Below are positions 40,015 to 50,241 of a stretch of DNA of 64,000 nt, in pieces; the stretch's first letter is position 1, and every line of letters begins with the position of its first letter. Below the pieces are notes generated by a model. That model did no database searches. It had not been told where the DNA came from and saw only the letters and a program-made list of their open reading frames with translations. The translations under genes and the position numbers were made by a program. Origin of the DNA: Nitrospirae bacterium UBA2233 (GTDB taxonomy: Bacteria > UBA2233); NCBI GenBank assembly GCA_002347965.1, contig DDYN01000031.1, positions 20,177-84,176 of the forward strand, written 5' to 3'.

Positions 40015-42487
40015 GGTTAAGCAACCTGCCCGGAACGTACACAACCCGCATAACTTCCTTTCCTTCAAGAAGCTTTTTTATCTTTTCGCTCTGGAGGGCG
40101 ACTCGATAAACTTCCTCTTGGCTTGCCTCGCCGTTGAAGACAAGCGTTTCTCTTACTTTGCCGTTCACTTGAACAACCATCTCTTTAGCAGGGCTCTCGA
40201 TCGTTCCAGGCTCAACCCTCGGCCAGGAAGCCTGCATGGCAAACCCATTCTCCCCCATGAGGGCACGCAACTCATCGGCATGGTGGGGGGCAAAAGGCGC
40301 AAGCAGGAGGGCGTAGCGCTTGAGCGCACCCAGGAAGGCAAGCCTTCCCTCTGCGGAATCAAGCAGGCCGTTAAGCTCGGTAAGGCTGTTCAGGCATTCC
40401 ATGAGAGCAGCAACGGCCGTGTTGAGGTGCTGCCTTTCGATATCCTGGCTAACCTTGTGCGTAGCGCGCAGAATGGCCATTTCCAGCGCCCTCAGAGATT
40501 CTCTATTGCCCTCCTGAACCAGAAAGGGGCGTTTGAGGCTTTGGGCAACCTCCTGAAACAACCGCCAGACGCGGGACAAGAAGCGTGCGCAGCCCTCTAT
40601 CCCTTTTTCGTTCCACTCCAGGTCTTTTTCCGGAGGGGCCGCAAACACCATGAACAACCTAACCACGTCCGCCCCGTATTTCGCGACCATGTCGTCCGGG
40701 TCGACGACGTTCCCTTTGGATTTACTCATCTTCGACCCGTCCTTGATCACCATCCCCTGCGTGAGCAGTCGGGCAAAGGGCTCGTCGAAGCGCAAGACTC
40801 CCGTCGCCTTAAGCAGCCTCGTAAAGAACCGTGCGTAAAGAAGATGCAGGACGGCGTGCTCGATCCCCCCGATGTACTGATCGACGGGATTCCAGTAATG
40901 GACTCTGGCTGTATCGAGCGGGCCGGCTTCGTAATCGGAGCATGTGTAACGCAGAAAGTACCACGAGGATTCCACGAACGTGTCCATCGTGTCCGCCTCG
41001 CGCCTGGCTGGCCCTCCACAGTTTGGACAAACGGTTTGAAGGAATTCCTCGAGCTTGGCAAGGCCAAAACCAGGAGCAATCTTGCGGGACAAATCAATCG
41101 GAAGAACGACAGGGAGTTGATCGTCTGGCACGGGAACGACCCCGCAGACCTCGCAGTAGACGACGGGAATGGGCACCCCCCAGTACCGTTGTCTAGAAAT
41201 TCCCCAGTCTTTTAGCCTGTATTGCACGACCCCCTTGCCCACGCCAAGCGATTCAAGCTTGGAGATAATCGCCCGCCTCGCCTCCTCGGAGGGCATACCG
41301 GAAAACTCGCCCGAGTTTACCAGCACGCCGTCGTCCTCGAACGCGGCAGGCTCCATGGGGTGAGAACCATCCGCAGGTCGAACAACCTCCGCAATCAAAA
41401 GGCCCATTTCCTCGGCGAATTCGAAGTCGCGGCTGTCGTGGGCGGGGACACCCATGACGGCCCCCGTTCCGTAGGCTGTCAGGACAAAGTTGGCGGCAAG
41501 CAGCGGGACTTTCTCGCCCGTCAGCGGATGAATGGCCTCAAGTCCCAAAAGGACACCTTTTTTACTCAGCTCGGTCTCAAAGCGGCTGGAGAGCTTTTCT
41601 TGCCTTAGCGCTTCGATTTCCCTCCACACCGCCTGTTGAATGCGGCCCGTTTGGTACCAGGAGTCGAGTATATCGTGCTCGAGTGCGAGCGCCACGAACG
41701 TCACGCCAAAAAGCGTGTCCGCGCGCGTGGTGAACACCTCGAGCGTGTCTTGAGTTTCGTCGACGGGAAACCGTACGAGCGCCCCGTGTGATTTCCCAAT
41801 CCAGTTGCGTTGCATAGCGCGGACCTTTTCTGGCCAGCCGTCTAACGTTTCAAGCCCCTCCAAGAGTCCCTCGGCAAACGCGGTAATCCTAAGGAACCAT
41901 CCTTCCATCTGCTTGAGGATTGCCGATGAACCACACCGCCAACACCGCCCCTCCAGGACCTGCTCGTTGGCCAGCACGGTCTGGCATTTGGGACAGAAGT
42001 TCACCATGGAGGGCTTTTTGTACGCGTAGCCTTGCTTAAGGAAACGGAGGAACATCCACTGCTCCCAGCGGTAGTACGCAGGGTCGCACGTCACCACCTC
42101 CCGGCTCCAGTCGTAGCTAAACCCGAAGCGTTTGAGCTGCGCCTTCATGGTGGCGATGTTTTCGTACGTCCATTTCGCGGGGTGCACGCCGTGCTCGATG
42201 GCCGCATTCTCGGCAGGAAGGCCAAAGGCATCCCATCCCATCGGATGCAGGACGTTCTTCCCTTGCATGCGAAGATAGCGGGCCAGAACATCGCCGATCG
42301 TGTAGTTCCGGATATGGCCCATGTGGATCCTTCCGGAAGGATAAGGAAGCATCTCGAGGACGTAATACTTTTGCCTGTCCGTTTCCTCGAATACGCGATG
42401 AAGGCCAGCCTCTTCCCAGCGTTCCTGCCAGAAAGCTTCCAACGCATTCGGGGCATACTTGGCTTGCTCGTTCGTGGTCATGCTCAA
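40001..42487 (-). CDS. leuS: Leucine--tRNA ligase
   Basis: 828 aa; HMGHIRNY (HIGH) and KMSKS motifs, plus a CP1 editing domain. Confidence 0.95.
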   Translation of the reverse strand: MSMTTNEQAKYAPNALEAFWQERWEEAGLHRVFEETDRQKYYVLEMLPYPSGRIHMGHIRNYTIGDVLARYLRMQGKNVLHPMGWDAFGLPAENAAIEHGVHPAKWTYENIATMKAQLKRFGFSYDWSREVVTCDPAYYRWEQWMFLRFLKQGYAYKKPSMVNFCPKCQTVLANEQVLEGRCWRCGSSAILKQMEGWFLRITAFAEGLLEGLETLDGWPEKVRAMQRNWIGKSHGALVRFPVDETQDTLEVFTTRADTLFGVTFVALALEHDILDSWYQTGRIQQAVWREIEALRQEKLSSRFETELSKKGVLLGLEAIHPLTGEKVPLLAANFVLTAYGTGAVMGVPAHDSRDFEFAEEMGLLIAEVVRPADGSHPMEPAAFEDDGVLVNSGEFSGMPSEEARRAIISKLESLGVGKGVVQYRLKDWGISRQRYWGVPIPVVYCEVCGVVPVPDDQLPVVLPIDLSRKIAPGFGLAKLEEFLQTVCPNCGGPARREADTMDTFVESSWYFLRYTCSDYEAGPLDTARVHYWNPVDQYIGGIEHAVLHLLYARFFTRLLKATGVLRFDEPFARLLTQGMVIKDGSKMSKSKGNVVDPDDMVAKYGADVVRLFMVFAAPPEKDLEWNEKGIEGCARFLSRVWRLFQEVAQSLKRPFLVQEGNRESLRALEMAILRATHKVSQDIERQHLNTAVAALMECLNSLTELNGLLDSAEGRLAFLGALKRYALLLAPFAPHHADELRALMGENGFAMQASWPRVEPGTIESPAKEMVVQVNGKVRETLVFNGEASQEEVYRVALQSEKIKKLLEGKEVMRVVYVPGRLLNLVTR

Positions 42488-42492
42488 AAACC

Positions 42493-44241
42493 CTATTCAA
42501 CAAAGAAGCGCTGAGTAATGGGCATGCGCCTGTCTTTACCGAACGCCTTGGGGGTAATCTTTACACCGGGCGGGGCCTGCCTTCGCTTGTATTCGTTCGA
42601 GTCAACCATCCGAATCACGCGCCTTACGACCTCCTCGGAAAAGCCCAACCCTACAATCTCTTTCAAGCTCGCATCCTCCTCAACGTAGGCATGCAGGATT
42701 GTGTCCAAATCCCGGTAAGGGGGAAGCAAATCCTCGTCTTTTTGGTCCTGTTTGAGCTCTGCAGAAGGAGGCCTAAAAATCACCTCTTCCGGAATGAGCG
42801 AGAACCCCGCCTTTTGATTCACAAGATGTGCCAGCTCGTAAACGAGCGTTTTTGGGACATCCTTGATCAGCGCGAACCCCCCGGCCAGATCCCCGTAAAG
42901 CGTGCAGTAGCCGACGCTGAGCTCGGATTTGTTCCCTGTGGCCAACACGAGGTAGCCCAGTTTGTTCGACACGGCCATCAAGAGATTACCCCGAATGCGC
43001 GCCTGGATGTTCTCCTCTGCCGTCCCATGGGGAAGATCGTGGAAGTGGGGCTCAAGGTCGGCAAGGTAGGAAGAAAACGTGTTGTCGATCGGCATGGACC
43101 AGACTTCGACCCCAAGGTTCTCGGAAAGCTGTTTGATGCACTGAAAGGACAATTCCGAAGTAAAACGCGAAGGCATGGATACGGCAAGCACGTTTTCTTT
43201 CCCTAGCGTCAATACGGCCAACGAGGCGACAAGCGCGCTGTCAATACCGCCGCTTAAACCCACGACTACCCTGGAAAAGCCGTTTTTGGTCACGTAGTCT
43301 TCGAGCCCTAGCTTTAGGGCCTCGAGCACTTCTTCTTGATCGGAAAGCGGATAGGGCACCCCTACAGGAGGGAGCGGAGGCTTGGGTTCAGCGGTTAGGG
43401 CGTTAGGGAGCTCAACTGCGCCCATGCCTACATTGTACGAGCCATCTATACCCATGAGTTCCTTGCGCAACCTTGGGTTCCGCAGCTGTCGCCTGAAGGG
43501 CTCGGGAACCTTTAAGTCGAACACGACGGAGTCTTCCTCGAAGGCCTTGGCCTTTGCAGGGATCGAGCCGTCCGAGTCGAACACGGCGGAGTTGCCGTCA
43601 AAGACGAGTTCGTCCTGACCGCCCACCAAGTTACAAACCAACACAGGGCAGCCGTAATCCAGCGCCCTGGTCTGAAACATGCGCTCCCTTTGGAGCGTTT
43701 TGCCCCGCTGGTAGGGCGAGGCCGAGATGTTCACCAAAACATCCGCACGGCCTTGGAAGGCTTCATCCTTGCACACCCCCGAAGGCAGCCAAAGGTCTTC
43801 GCAAATGCTGAGCCCTATGCGGACGCCCATGTCGAGCAACGCCATAGCCGTACCTGGCCGGAAGTACCTGTCCTCGTCGAAGACGCCGTAGGTAGGAAGG
43901 TTCCGCTTTCGGTAGCGGGCAATCATTTGCCCGGCATGAAGGACTGCCATGGTGTTGTAGATGTCGAAATCCGAATCCACGCCCCCCAAGAGGACAACCT
44001 CTCGATGGACGGTTTGAGCAATGGCTTCCATCGCCTCTTTTGCCGCCCGAATGAAGTAGGGTTTTAACAGCAAGTCCTCCGGCGGGTAGCCCGTAATCGC
44101 CATCTCCGGGAATACGATGAGGTCCGCCTGAAGCTTTCTTGACCAGGCAATCTTTTCAAGAATTTTGAGCTTATTGCCCGAAATATCCCCAACCGTAACG
44201 TTGACCTGCATAAGGGCGACCCGAAGCGTAGGCATACTCAT
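42493..44241 (-). CDS. nadE: Glutamine-dependent NAD+ synthetase
   Basis: 582 aa; N-terminal CN-hydrolase domain (E...K...C triad region LSICEDLW) plus a C-terminal NAD synthetase domain (SGGIDSA P-loop). Confidence 0.9.
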   Translation of the reverse strand: MSMPTLRVALMQVNVTVGDISGNKLKILEKIAWSRKLQADLIVFPEMAITGYPPEDLLLKPYFIRAAKEAMEAIAQTVHREVVLLGGVDSDFDIYNTMAVLHAGQMIARYRKRNLPTYGVFDEDRYFRPGTAMALLDMGVRIGLSICEDLWLPSGVCKDEAFQGRADVLVNISASPYQRGKTLQRERMFQTRALDYGCPVLVCNLVGGQDELVFDGNSAVFDSDGSIPAKAKAFEEDSVVFDLKVPEPFRRQLRNPRLRKELMGIDGSYNVGMGAVELPNALTAEPKPPLPPVGVPYPLSDQEEVLEALKLGLEDYVTKNGFSRVVVGLSGGIDSALVASLAVLTLGKENVLAVSMPSRFTSELSFQCIKQLSENLGVEVWSMPIDNTFSSYLADLEPHFHDLPHGTAEENIQARIRGNLLMAVSNKLGYLVLATGNKSELSVGYCTLYGDLAGGFALIKDVPKTLVYELAHLVNQKAGFSLIPEEVIFRPPSAELKQDQKDEDLLPPYRDLDTILHAYVEEDASLKEIVGLGFSEEVVRRVIRMVDSNEYKRRQAPPGVKITPKAFGKDRRMPITQRFFVE

Positions 44242-44903
44242 TCACCCTTCTCGTGTGGCGCATGGCGGATGTCCTTGCCCTGAACCATGAACACGATCAT
44301 CTCGGCGATGTTCGTCGTATGGTCTCCTACCCTTTCTAAGCTCTTGGCGATGGAAGAAAGGGCGAGAGCCTTCCGGATGTTCTTCGGGTCTTCCATCATG
44401 TAGGTCAGAAGCTCCCGAAACACTTGAATGTTGAGGTCATCGACAAACTGGTCGTCCGCAATCACGTCTTGGGCAAGCTCGACGTCCCCTTCGAAGAAGG
44501 CGTCCAAGCTCCTGCGGATCATCTTGCGTACCTGCTCGGCCATTCTGGGCAGGTCCACGTAGGGCTTTAAAGGGGGCTCATTGACGATTTCCAACACCCT
44601 TTCGCCGATGTTGACAAGAAGGTCCCCGATTCGCTCCAGATCTGTCGTAATCTTTATGGCCGTGAACACAAACCTGAGGTCTTTGGCCGCCGGCTGTTTT
44701 AGAACGATCATATTCCTAGAAATCCTGTCGATCTCGAGCTCAAGCTGGTCGATCTTGTCGTCAGATTCGATAACCATCTGGGCCTTCCGTTCGTCCTTTT
44801 CGACGAGCGCGCCGAGCGCCATTTCAAGGCGCTCTTCGATCATCGCCCCCATCTTGAGGATCAGCCTTCGTACCTCCAGGATGTCTTCGTCGATTCTTCG
44901 CAT
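44238..44903 (-). CDS. phoU: Phosphate signalling complex protein PhoU (start at internal MRRIDEDILEV; ORF-track start 45041)
   Basis: Two PhoU repeats (...DLERIGDLLVNIGE... and ...SLERVGDHTTNIAE...). The stop overlaps the nadE start as ATGA. Confidence 0.85.
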   Translation of the reverse strand: MRRIDEDILEVRRLILKMGAMIEERLEMALGALVEKDERKAQMVIESDDKIDQLELEIDRISRNMIVLKQPAAKDLRFVFTAIKITTDLERIGDLLVNIGERVLEIVNEPPLKPYVDLPRMAEQVRKMIRRSLDAFFEGDVELAQDVIADDQFVDDLNIQVFRELLTYMMEDPKNIRKALALSSIAKSLERVGDHTTNIAEMIVFMVQGKDIRHAPHEKGE

Positions 44904-44917
44904 TTTTTGCCTAAAAC

Positions 44918-45691
44918 CTAGCCGAATTTTCCGGTAATGTAGTCTTCCGTTTCCTTCTTGGTCGGGGTGACAAAGATCGCCTCGGTCTTGTCGTACTCGA
45001 TCAAGCGGCCCATGTAGAAGAATGCAGTGGAGTCGCTGCACCTTGCCGCCTGCTGCATGTTGTGCGTAACGATGACGATCGTGTACGAGCTCTTCAAGTC
45101 TTGAATCAACTCTTCGAGCTTTGCCGTTGCAATCGGGTCGAGCGCGGAGGCCGGCTCATCCAAAAGAAGAATCTTCGGGCCTACTGCCAAGGCCCTGGCT
45201 ATGCAAAGCCGCTGCTGCTGCCCCCCCGAAAGGCCGAGTGCGGGTTCTCTAAGCCTGTCTTTAACCTCGTCAAACAGCCCGGCCCTTCGCAGGCTATCCT
45301 CGACGATAGCATCCAAATCTCTTGCGCCGCGAACCCCGTGCAACTTCGGGCCAAACGCCACGTTGTCGTAGATGGACTTAGGGAAGGGGTTGGCCTTCTG
45401 GAACACCATCCCTACGTTTTTGCGAAGCTGGGCCACATCCACACCGTTGTTGTAGATATCGGCCCCTTCGATCGTCACCCGGCCTTCTACCCTGGCCCCT
45501 GGGACAAGCTCGTGCATACGGTTCAATACCTTGAGGAACGTCGATTTTCCGCAGCCTGACGGGCCAATCAGCGCGGTGATCTGGTTGCGGTAAATCTCGA
45601 TGCCGACACCAAACAGCGCCTGTTTCTTGCCGTAAAAAAAGTTAAGCCCCTCGACTAGAATCGAAACCCTGCCGTTCGCCATAATAAACAC
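44918..45691 (-). CDS. pstB: Phosphate ABC transporter ATP-binding protein PstB (no pstS/pstC/pstA adjacent)
   Basis: 257 aa; [23 protein letters not shown] PstB-type Walker A region, LSGGQQQR signature, and Walker [13 protein letters not shown]. Confidence 0.85.
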   Translation of the reverse strand: MFIMANGRVSILVEGLNFFYGKKQALFGVGIEIYRNQITALIGPSGCGKSTFLKVLNRMHELVPGARVEGRVTIEGADIYNNGVDVAQLRKNVGMVFQKANPFPKSIYDNVAFGPKLHGVRGARDLDAIVEDSLRRAGLFDEVKDRLREPALGLSGGQQQRLCIARALAVGPKILLLDEPASALDPIATAKLEELIQDLKSSYTIVIVTHNMQQAARCSDSTAFFYMGRLIEYDKTEAIFVTPTKKETEDYITGKFG

Positions 45692-45704
45692 AACCCTCCA
45701 TGAG

Positions 45705-46481
45705 TCAGGCTGACGGAACGAATAAAGACCCTAGCGTGACTTGAGGAAGCGCGGCAAAGCTCCGTATGGACTCAAGAACGCCAGAAAAATACCCCTTGCA
45801 CTCGATGTCTCCAGGATGAAACTCTACACGTAGAACGGGCGAACGCTGCACTCGAACGCCAAGGCGGACGTACGGAAGGGCAAACACCCTCCGAAGCGGG
45901 GTTCGAACAGACCCGGAGATGACCTTCGAGCGAACACCAAGCCTTTGACGGAAGTCTACAAGCCACCCAAAGGTTGCAAGCGAACGAAACCCGGCCATTT
46001 GTACCGCAGCCCATTGTTTCCTGGAAAGCATCCAGGCGGGGGCAACAAACCCCCCCGGGGAAAGTCCGGCCTGCGATAGTATTTCAAGGCCCTCTTGAAG
46101 GCGCTCGAGGAGGTAGGGTTCAGCCATACCCAAACACTCCCCTTCCCCGTTGGTCGCCACTCTTTGCAGGACACGCCTATGGGCCCATTTTAAGCCTTTT
46201 GCCAGAGATGGATCCCAGCGGTGAAGAATACCGTGCATCGCCACGTCGTCTCCCTTGGCCGTTCTCTCTTTGACATACTTCACGAGCCTGGCTTCCTGCG
46301 AAAACTTCAGCCTGCCATGATACCACGGAACGGCAAGCAGCGTTACCCGCTCCACCCCGACCGTCTCCAGCGCACGCCGGATGGCCACAACCTGGCAAAA
46401 GCTTCCGGGGTATACGTCATGAATGGCGACGTAAAGAGACTTACTGGCCAAAAAGGCTTCTTTGATCCCGCAGGGCAACAT
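45705..46481 (-). CDS. DUF2334-like (polysaccharide-deacetylase-like) protein
   Basis: 258 aa; N-terminal [12 protein letters not shown] motif resembling the DUF2334 'IHDVSP' start. Overlaps the upstream GT4 gene by 41 nt. Confidence 0.55.
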   Translation of the reverse strand: MLPCGIKEAFLASKSLYVAIHDVYPGSFCQVVAIRRALETVGVERVTLLAVPWYHGRLKFSQEARLVKYVKERTAKGDDVAMHGILHRWDPSLAKGLKWAHRRVLQRVATNGEGECLGMAEPYLLERLQEGLEILSQAGLSPGGFVAPAWMLSRKQWAAVQMAGFRSLATFGWLVDFRQRLGVRSKVISGSVRTPLRRVFALPYVRLGVRVQRSPVLRVEFHPGDIECKGYFSGVLESIRSFAALPQVTLGSLFVPSA

Positions 46482-47613
46482 ACAAAGCCTTCAGCGATTC
46501 GAACGTACGGTTCCAACTGAAACGATCAAGGACAAGCCTCCTTGCAAGCGAACCCAAGCGTTCGCGATCCATACCGAGAACTTTCGCAACGACATCGGCA
46601 AACGCGCCCGGAGAGGGGTCTGCAACGGGAAAGCTTGCTTGTCCCATGTCGGCACACAGAAACCCGAGGTTTTTTTGGAATACCACGGGCGTCCCGGAAG
46701 ACAGCGCTTCGAGCGCGGCCAAGCCGAACGTCTCGTAACGGCTTGGCATCACCAGCACGTCCACGCTCGCGTACAGCACGGAAAGCGTTTGTTTTGGCAG
46801 ATAGCCCAAGTACCGAACCGCTTGTGGGTATTCCCGCTGAAGCTCCAGGGCTTGGGGGCTCATAGGCCCGTCCCCCGCGATCAGGCAATTTGTAGCCATT
46901 CTTTCCCAAAGCATGCGCTGCATCTCGAGAAATAGCGGAAAACACTTGTCTTTACTAAGCCTGCCAACGTAAAGAACCGAGGGGAGCGAGGGGTCTAGCC
47001 CTAAGGCTTGGAGCAGTTGAGGGTTACGTTTTTCTGGGGCAAACAATGAGGTATCCACACCGAGGCTCACGAGCGTTGCGTTTTCGATTCCTAATCGCCT
47101 CAGCTTGTCTAATAGGGGTTGGCTAGCGGCAAGCGTGGCATCGAACCGGTTATAGAGGGCCTTTGTGTATTTAAGCGCGATCGTATACGGAAGGCTTGCA
47201 AGCCGCCATGTATTCCAATTCTGGGCAGATACCCGAAAATATGTATCCGAGAAATCGCTGTGGTAAAACCCGACGCATGGAACCTTCCGAGTCCTGGCGT
47301 AGTACAACGCGCTCCAGGGCAAAAGGTCCGGAGAGCCTACTTCAAGCACATCAGGCGCTTCTTTTCTCAAGATTCGAAGGCATGCGAGCGGGTTTAGAAT
47401 GAGCCGGTACTGCATGTTCCATGGAACGGGCATCCCGTGCACCCTGTAGATTTTCCTACCCGGCACCTCGAGGACCTCATTCCGTTTGTAAGGCACGATA
47501 AGCAGCTGCTTCCACGCGCCCGTCCTCACGCCATATTCGCCTTTGGCCTCAAGGTAGGTCTTGATCCCACCGCTCCTTTCCGAGTAGAACTGCGTAAGGT
47601 CGCAAACGTACAT
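46441..47613 (-). CDS. Glycosyltransferase family 4 (GT-B fold)
   Basis: 390 aa; C-terminal VGRLSKDKCFPLFLE... and the EX7E region YETFGLAALEALSSGTPVV. Confidence 0.8.
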   Translation of the reverse strand: MYVCDLTQFYSERSGGIKTYLEAKGEYGVRTGAWKQLLIVPYKRNEVLEVPGRKIYRVHGMPVPWNMQYRLILNPLACLRILRKEAPDVLEVGSPDLLPWSALYYARTRKVPCVGFYHSDFSDTYFRVSAQNWNTWRLASLPYTIALKYTKALYNRFDATLAASQPLLDKLRRLGIENATLVSLGVDTSLFAPEKRNPQLLQALGLDPSLPSVLYVGRLSKDKCFPLFLEMQRMLWERMATNCLIAGDGPMSPQALELQREYPQAVRYLGYLPKQTLSVLYASVDVLVMPSRYETFGLAALEALSSGTPVVFQKNLGFLCADMGQASFPVADPSPGAFADVVAKVLGMDRERLGSLARRLVLDRFSWNRTFESLKALYVALRDQRSLFGQ

Positions 47614-47685
47614 TTTCTGCGCTCCGGAGCGGTACGAGTGTTTTTTCCATTGTACGCGCGTTCCTCACGATTCGGCAAAGGGCTT

Positions 47686-50220
47686 TCAAGAAAGGCGCTT
47701 GAGGGCAAACGTCTCTCTTGCGTGCATTTGCCAAAATGCCTCAAACGCCTTGTCGAACGAACGGTTTTCCATGTAGCGCCTGGCCTCGATCATCATCTCC
47801 TGTCTTCTTGCTGGGCTCTCGAGTAGCTCTTCGATGGCCTTGACGAGCGCGAAGCTGCTCCCAGCCTTGAACACAAGGCCCGTCCTGCCTGCTTCAAGGT
47901 TCTCGGAGGGTCCGCCCTCATCGGCCACGACGACGGGGATACCGGAGGCTTGGGCTTCGAGGACGACGTTCCCAAACGTATCCGTCGAGGAGGGAAAGAC
48001 AAAAATATCGGCCGAAGCGTAAACGCTCGAGAGCTCTTCCCCTTCAAGCGGCCCTGTGAATGTAATGCCAGAACCTTCGTATTTTGCCTTCAGTGCCCCT
48101 AGATAAGGGCCATCTCCCACGACAACCAACTCGGCGGTCTTATGGCGCTCTTTGATAAAAAGGTAGGCATCGATCAGCAGGTCCAACCCCTTCTCTTTCG
48201 ATACTCTTCCCACGTACAGGAGCTTTGTTCCTCCGTTGTTCGAAAAATTTTTCCAGATATCTTGGTTGCGAAAGCGCGGATGAAAACGCTGAATGTCTAT
48301 CCCCCTCGGAAAAACCTTGATCTTATCCGGCGTAAAACCGTTTTGCACCAGTTGGTTCATCGTCGCCCTGGAGGGGACGAACACGATGTCCATCTGTTCG
48401 TAGTACCAGCGGATATATCGCCAGCTCATCTCCTCCATCGAAAAATCCCCCGTTAGGATCCGGACATACTGAGGGATGTCTGTGTGATAGATGCCGTTGA
48501 TCGGGATGTCCAAGAGCCTTGCAACCAACAGCCCGGCTAGTCCCATTGGGCCGGGCGTCGAAGAGATCACGGAGTCAAACCCCTCACGCTCGCAAAACTC
48601 CACGATGTCCAAGAAGGGCGGGACGTATAGCTTAATGCTCTCGTATTCCGGGATCGGGAATGTCAAGAGCGGAAGAAACTTGACGAATACGTCCTCTAGG
48701 TAGGCCTCAATTTTGGCGTTCTGCGGGCATGCCACGACTTTTAAGTCTTTGGCGCTCCTCTTGGCGGATCGTGCCATCTCGAGGATGGTCCTGGCTACGC
48801 CGTTGACGTCGAAGATGGTGTCCGAAAACCATACCCTCCTGTCTAAGGGTTCCCCGCGTAGGTCCTCTAGAAGGCCGAGCCCGTCTAGGACTTCACGAAT
48901 ACGCTTTTTGTCTTTGTTTTGATGGTGGTAGGAAAAAAAGTAAGGCATAAGGAACATTTGAACCATGGTAAGGGCGGAGAGGTGGTTAAAGTTGTCTAGA
49001 ATCTTGAAGGTTTTTAAGTTTTTTAAGAACTTCGAGACAAAGTTCAAAGTCATGTGCTGCGAGATGCCGGAAGCAAGCTTTAGGTAGTTGTCGTTTATCG
49101 CCTCCCACTTTGCCTCGTCCGTAGCCCAAAGGCCCGAAAGCTCTTCGCTATGCGTCAAAAAAGAGGCCCTTCGTCCAAGAATACGAAGGAGGGCTTGATC
49201 GCCCTTTGGGATGTCCTCTCTGGGCTCGTAGCGTTCGATGAGCCGTTTGACCTTTTTCGCGATCCCCGACTGGAGTGTGCCCTTGGCGCTGGACTTGGAG
49301 TTTTCTCCGTTGCTCCCCGACCCTTGGGAAATCTTGTCAAGCAACGAAAATAGCAAATCTTCCGGCTTTTTGGCCTCCTTGAGCACGTCCTTTGCTAAAA
49401 ACTGGTAAGCAATCGCGTATAAACTATGGGCAAGCCCCAGAGGCGAGCCGTACCGTCCTGCACCCCTGCTCTGGCCAGATCGAAGGAACGAAAGAAACTC
49501 TTCAGGCGTGGCAGCTTTGGGCACAACCGTGTAGGCATGGCCGACAAACAGGCCCCCGTGGTCGTCCGAACCCCCTGCCATACCTCGCCTTGTCTCAAGG
49601 ATAGGCTCGAGGTCCATCGGGTTTCGGTCGGCAAGCTCGAGCAGGAAGTCTCTCGTAAGGCACCCTAAAAGCCTCTCGAAGGCCATGCTCGTGATCGCTT
49701 TCCTCGAACCATTCACCGTCTCGAACGCAGGAAACAAGAGCAGCAACCTCTCGATATGGTAGCGCTTCAGGCGGTCGTTAATGGCATAGAAGGGGTGAGT
49801 CACGTAATGGACGACGTTCTTTTCGCGCAGATAAGCGACGAGCTCGTAGATATTGTCCCGCACGCTCGCAACATCCTCGTGAATCTTTTCGTCTATCCCT
49901 AGCACCTGGACGTGAATCTTGCAATCGTCCTCGGGAAAATACGTCGTGACTTCTTCGCCGACAATCACGTCCGGGTGGTGGGCGATTTCGAGCGCTCCGT
50001 CGATCACGTTATGGTCGGTGATCGTCACGAAGTCCATTCCTAGCGCCTTCTCCGTGGTGTACACCCAAGAAGGCTCGAGGTAGCACTCCTGGCAGCCTAG
50101 CCGCCTCAAGAGCCACTGCGTGGGCTTTGTGGAGTACTTTGAGTGAACGTGAAGATCGGCCACGGATACCAACGCCCGGTCTATATTCGAAGAAAGCGCT
50201 TTCCCTTGTTCGGTGTCCAT
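47686..50220 (-). CDS. PHP-domain phosphoesterase fused to a GT4 glycosyltransferase (844 aa)
   Basis: N-terminal PHP motifs (DLHVHSKYS..., TITDHN, ...GGSDDHG); C-terminal GT4 domain (LLYVGRVSKEKGLDLLIDAY, SSTDTFGNVVLEAQASGIPVV). Confidence 0.75.
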   Translation of the reverse strand: MDTEQGKALSSNIDRALVSVADLHVHSKYSTKPTQWLLRRLGCQECYLEPSWVYTTEKALGMDFVTITDHNVIDGALEIAHHPDVIVGEEVTTYFPEDDCKIHVQVLGIDEKIHEDVASVRDNIYELVAYLREKNVVHYVTHPFYAINDRLKRYHIERLLLLFPAFETVNGSRKAITSMAFERLLGCLTRDFLLELADRNPMDLEPILETRRGMAGGSDDHGGLFVGHAYTVVPKAATPEEFLSFLRSGQSRGAGRYGSPLGLAHSLYAIAYQFLAKDVLKEAKKPEDLLFSLLDKISQGSGSNGENSKSSAKGTLQSGIAKKVKRLIERYEPREDIPKGDQALLRILGRRASFLTHSEELSGLWATDEAKWEAINDNYLKLASGISQHMTLNFVSKFLKNLKTFKILDNFNHLSALTMVQMFLMPYFFSYHHQNKDKKRIREVLDGLGLLEDLRGEPLDRRVWFSDTIFDVNGVARTILEMARSAKRSAKDLKVVACPQNAKIEAYLEDVFVKFLPLLTFPIPEYESIKLYVPPFLDIVEFCEREGFDSVISSTPGPMGLAGLLVARLLDIPINGIYHTDIPQYVRILTGDFSMEEMSWRYIRWYYEQMDIVFVPSRATMNQLVQNGFTPDKIKVFPRGIDIQRFHPRFRNQDIWKNFSNNGGTKLLYVGRVSKEKGLDLLIDAYLFIKERHKTAELVVVGDGPYLGALKAKYEGSGITFTGPLEGEELSSVYASADIFVFPSSTDTFGNVVLEAQASGIPVVVADEGGPSENLEAGRTGLVFKAGSSFALVKAIEELLESPARRQEMMIEARRYMENRSFDKAFEAFWQMHARETFALKRLS

Positions 50221-50241
50221 ACCTTATTCCCTCTTAGGGTT

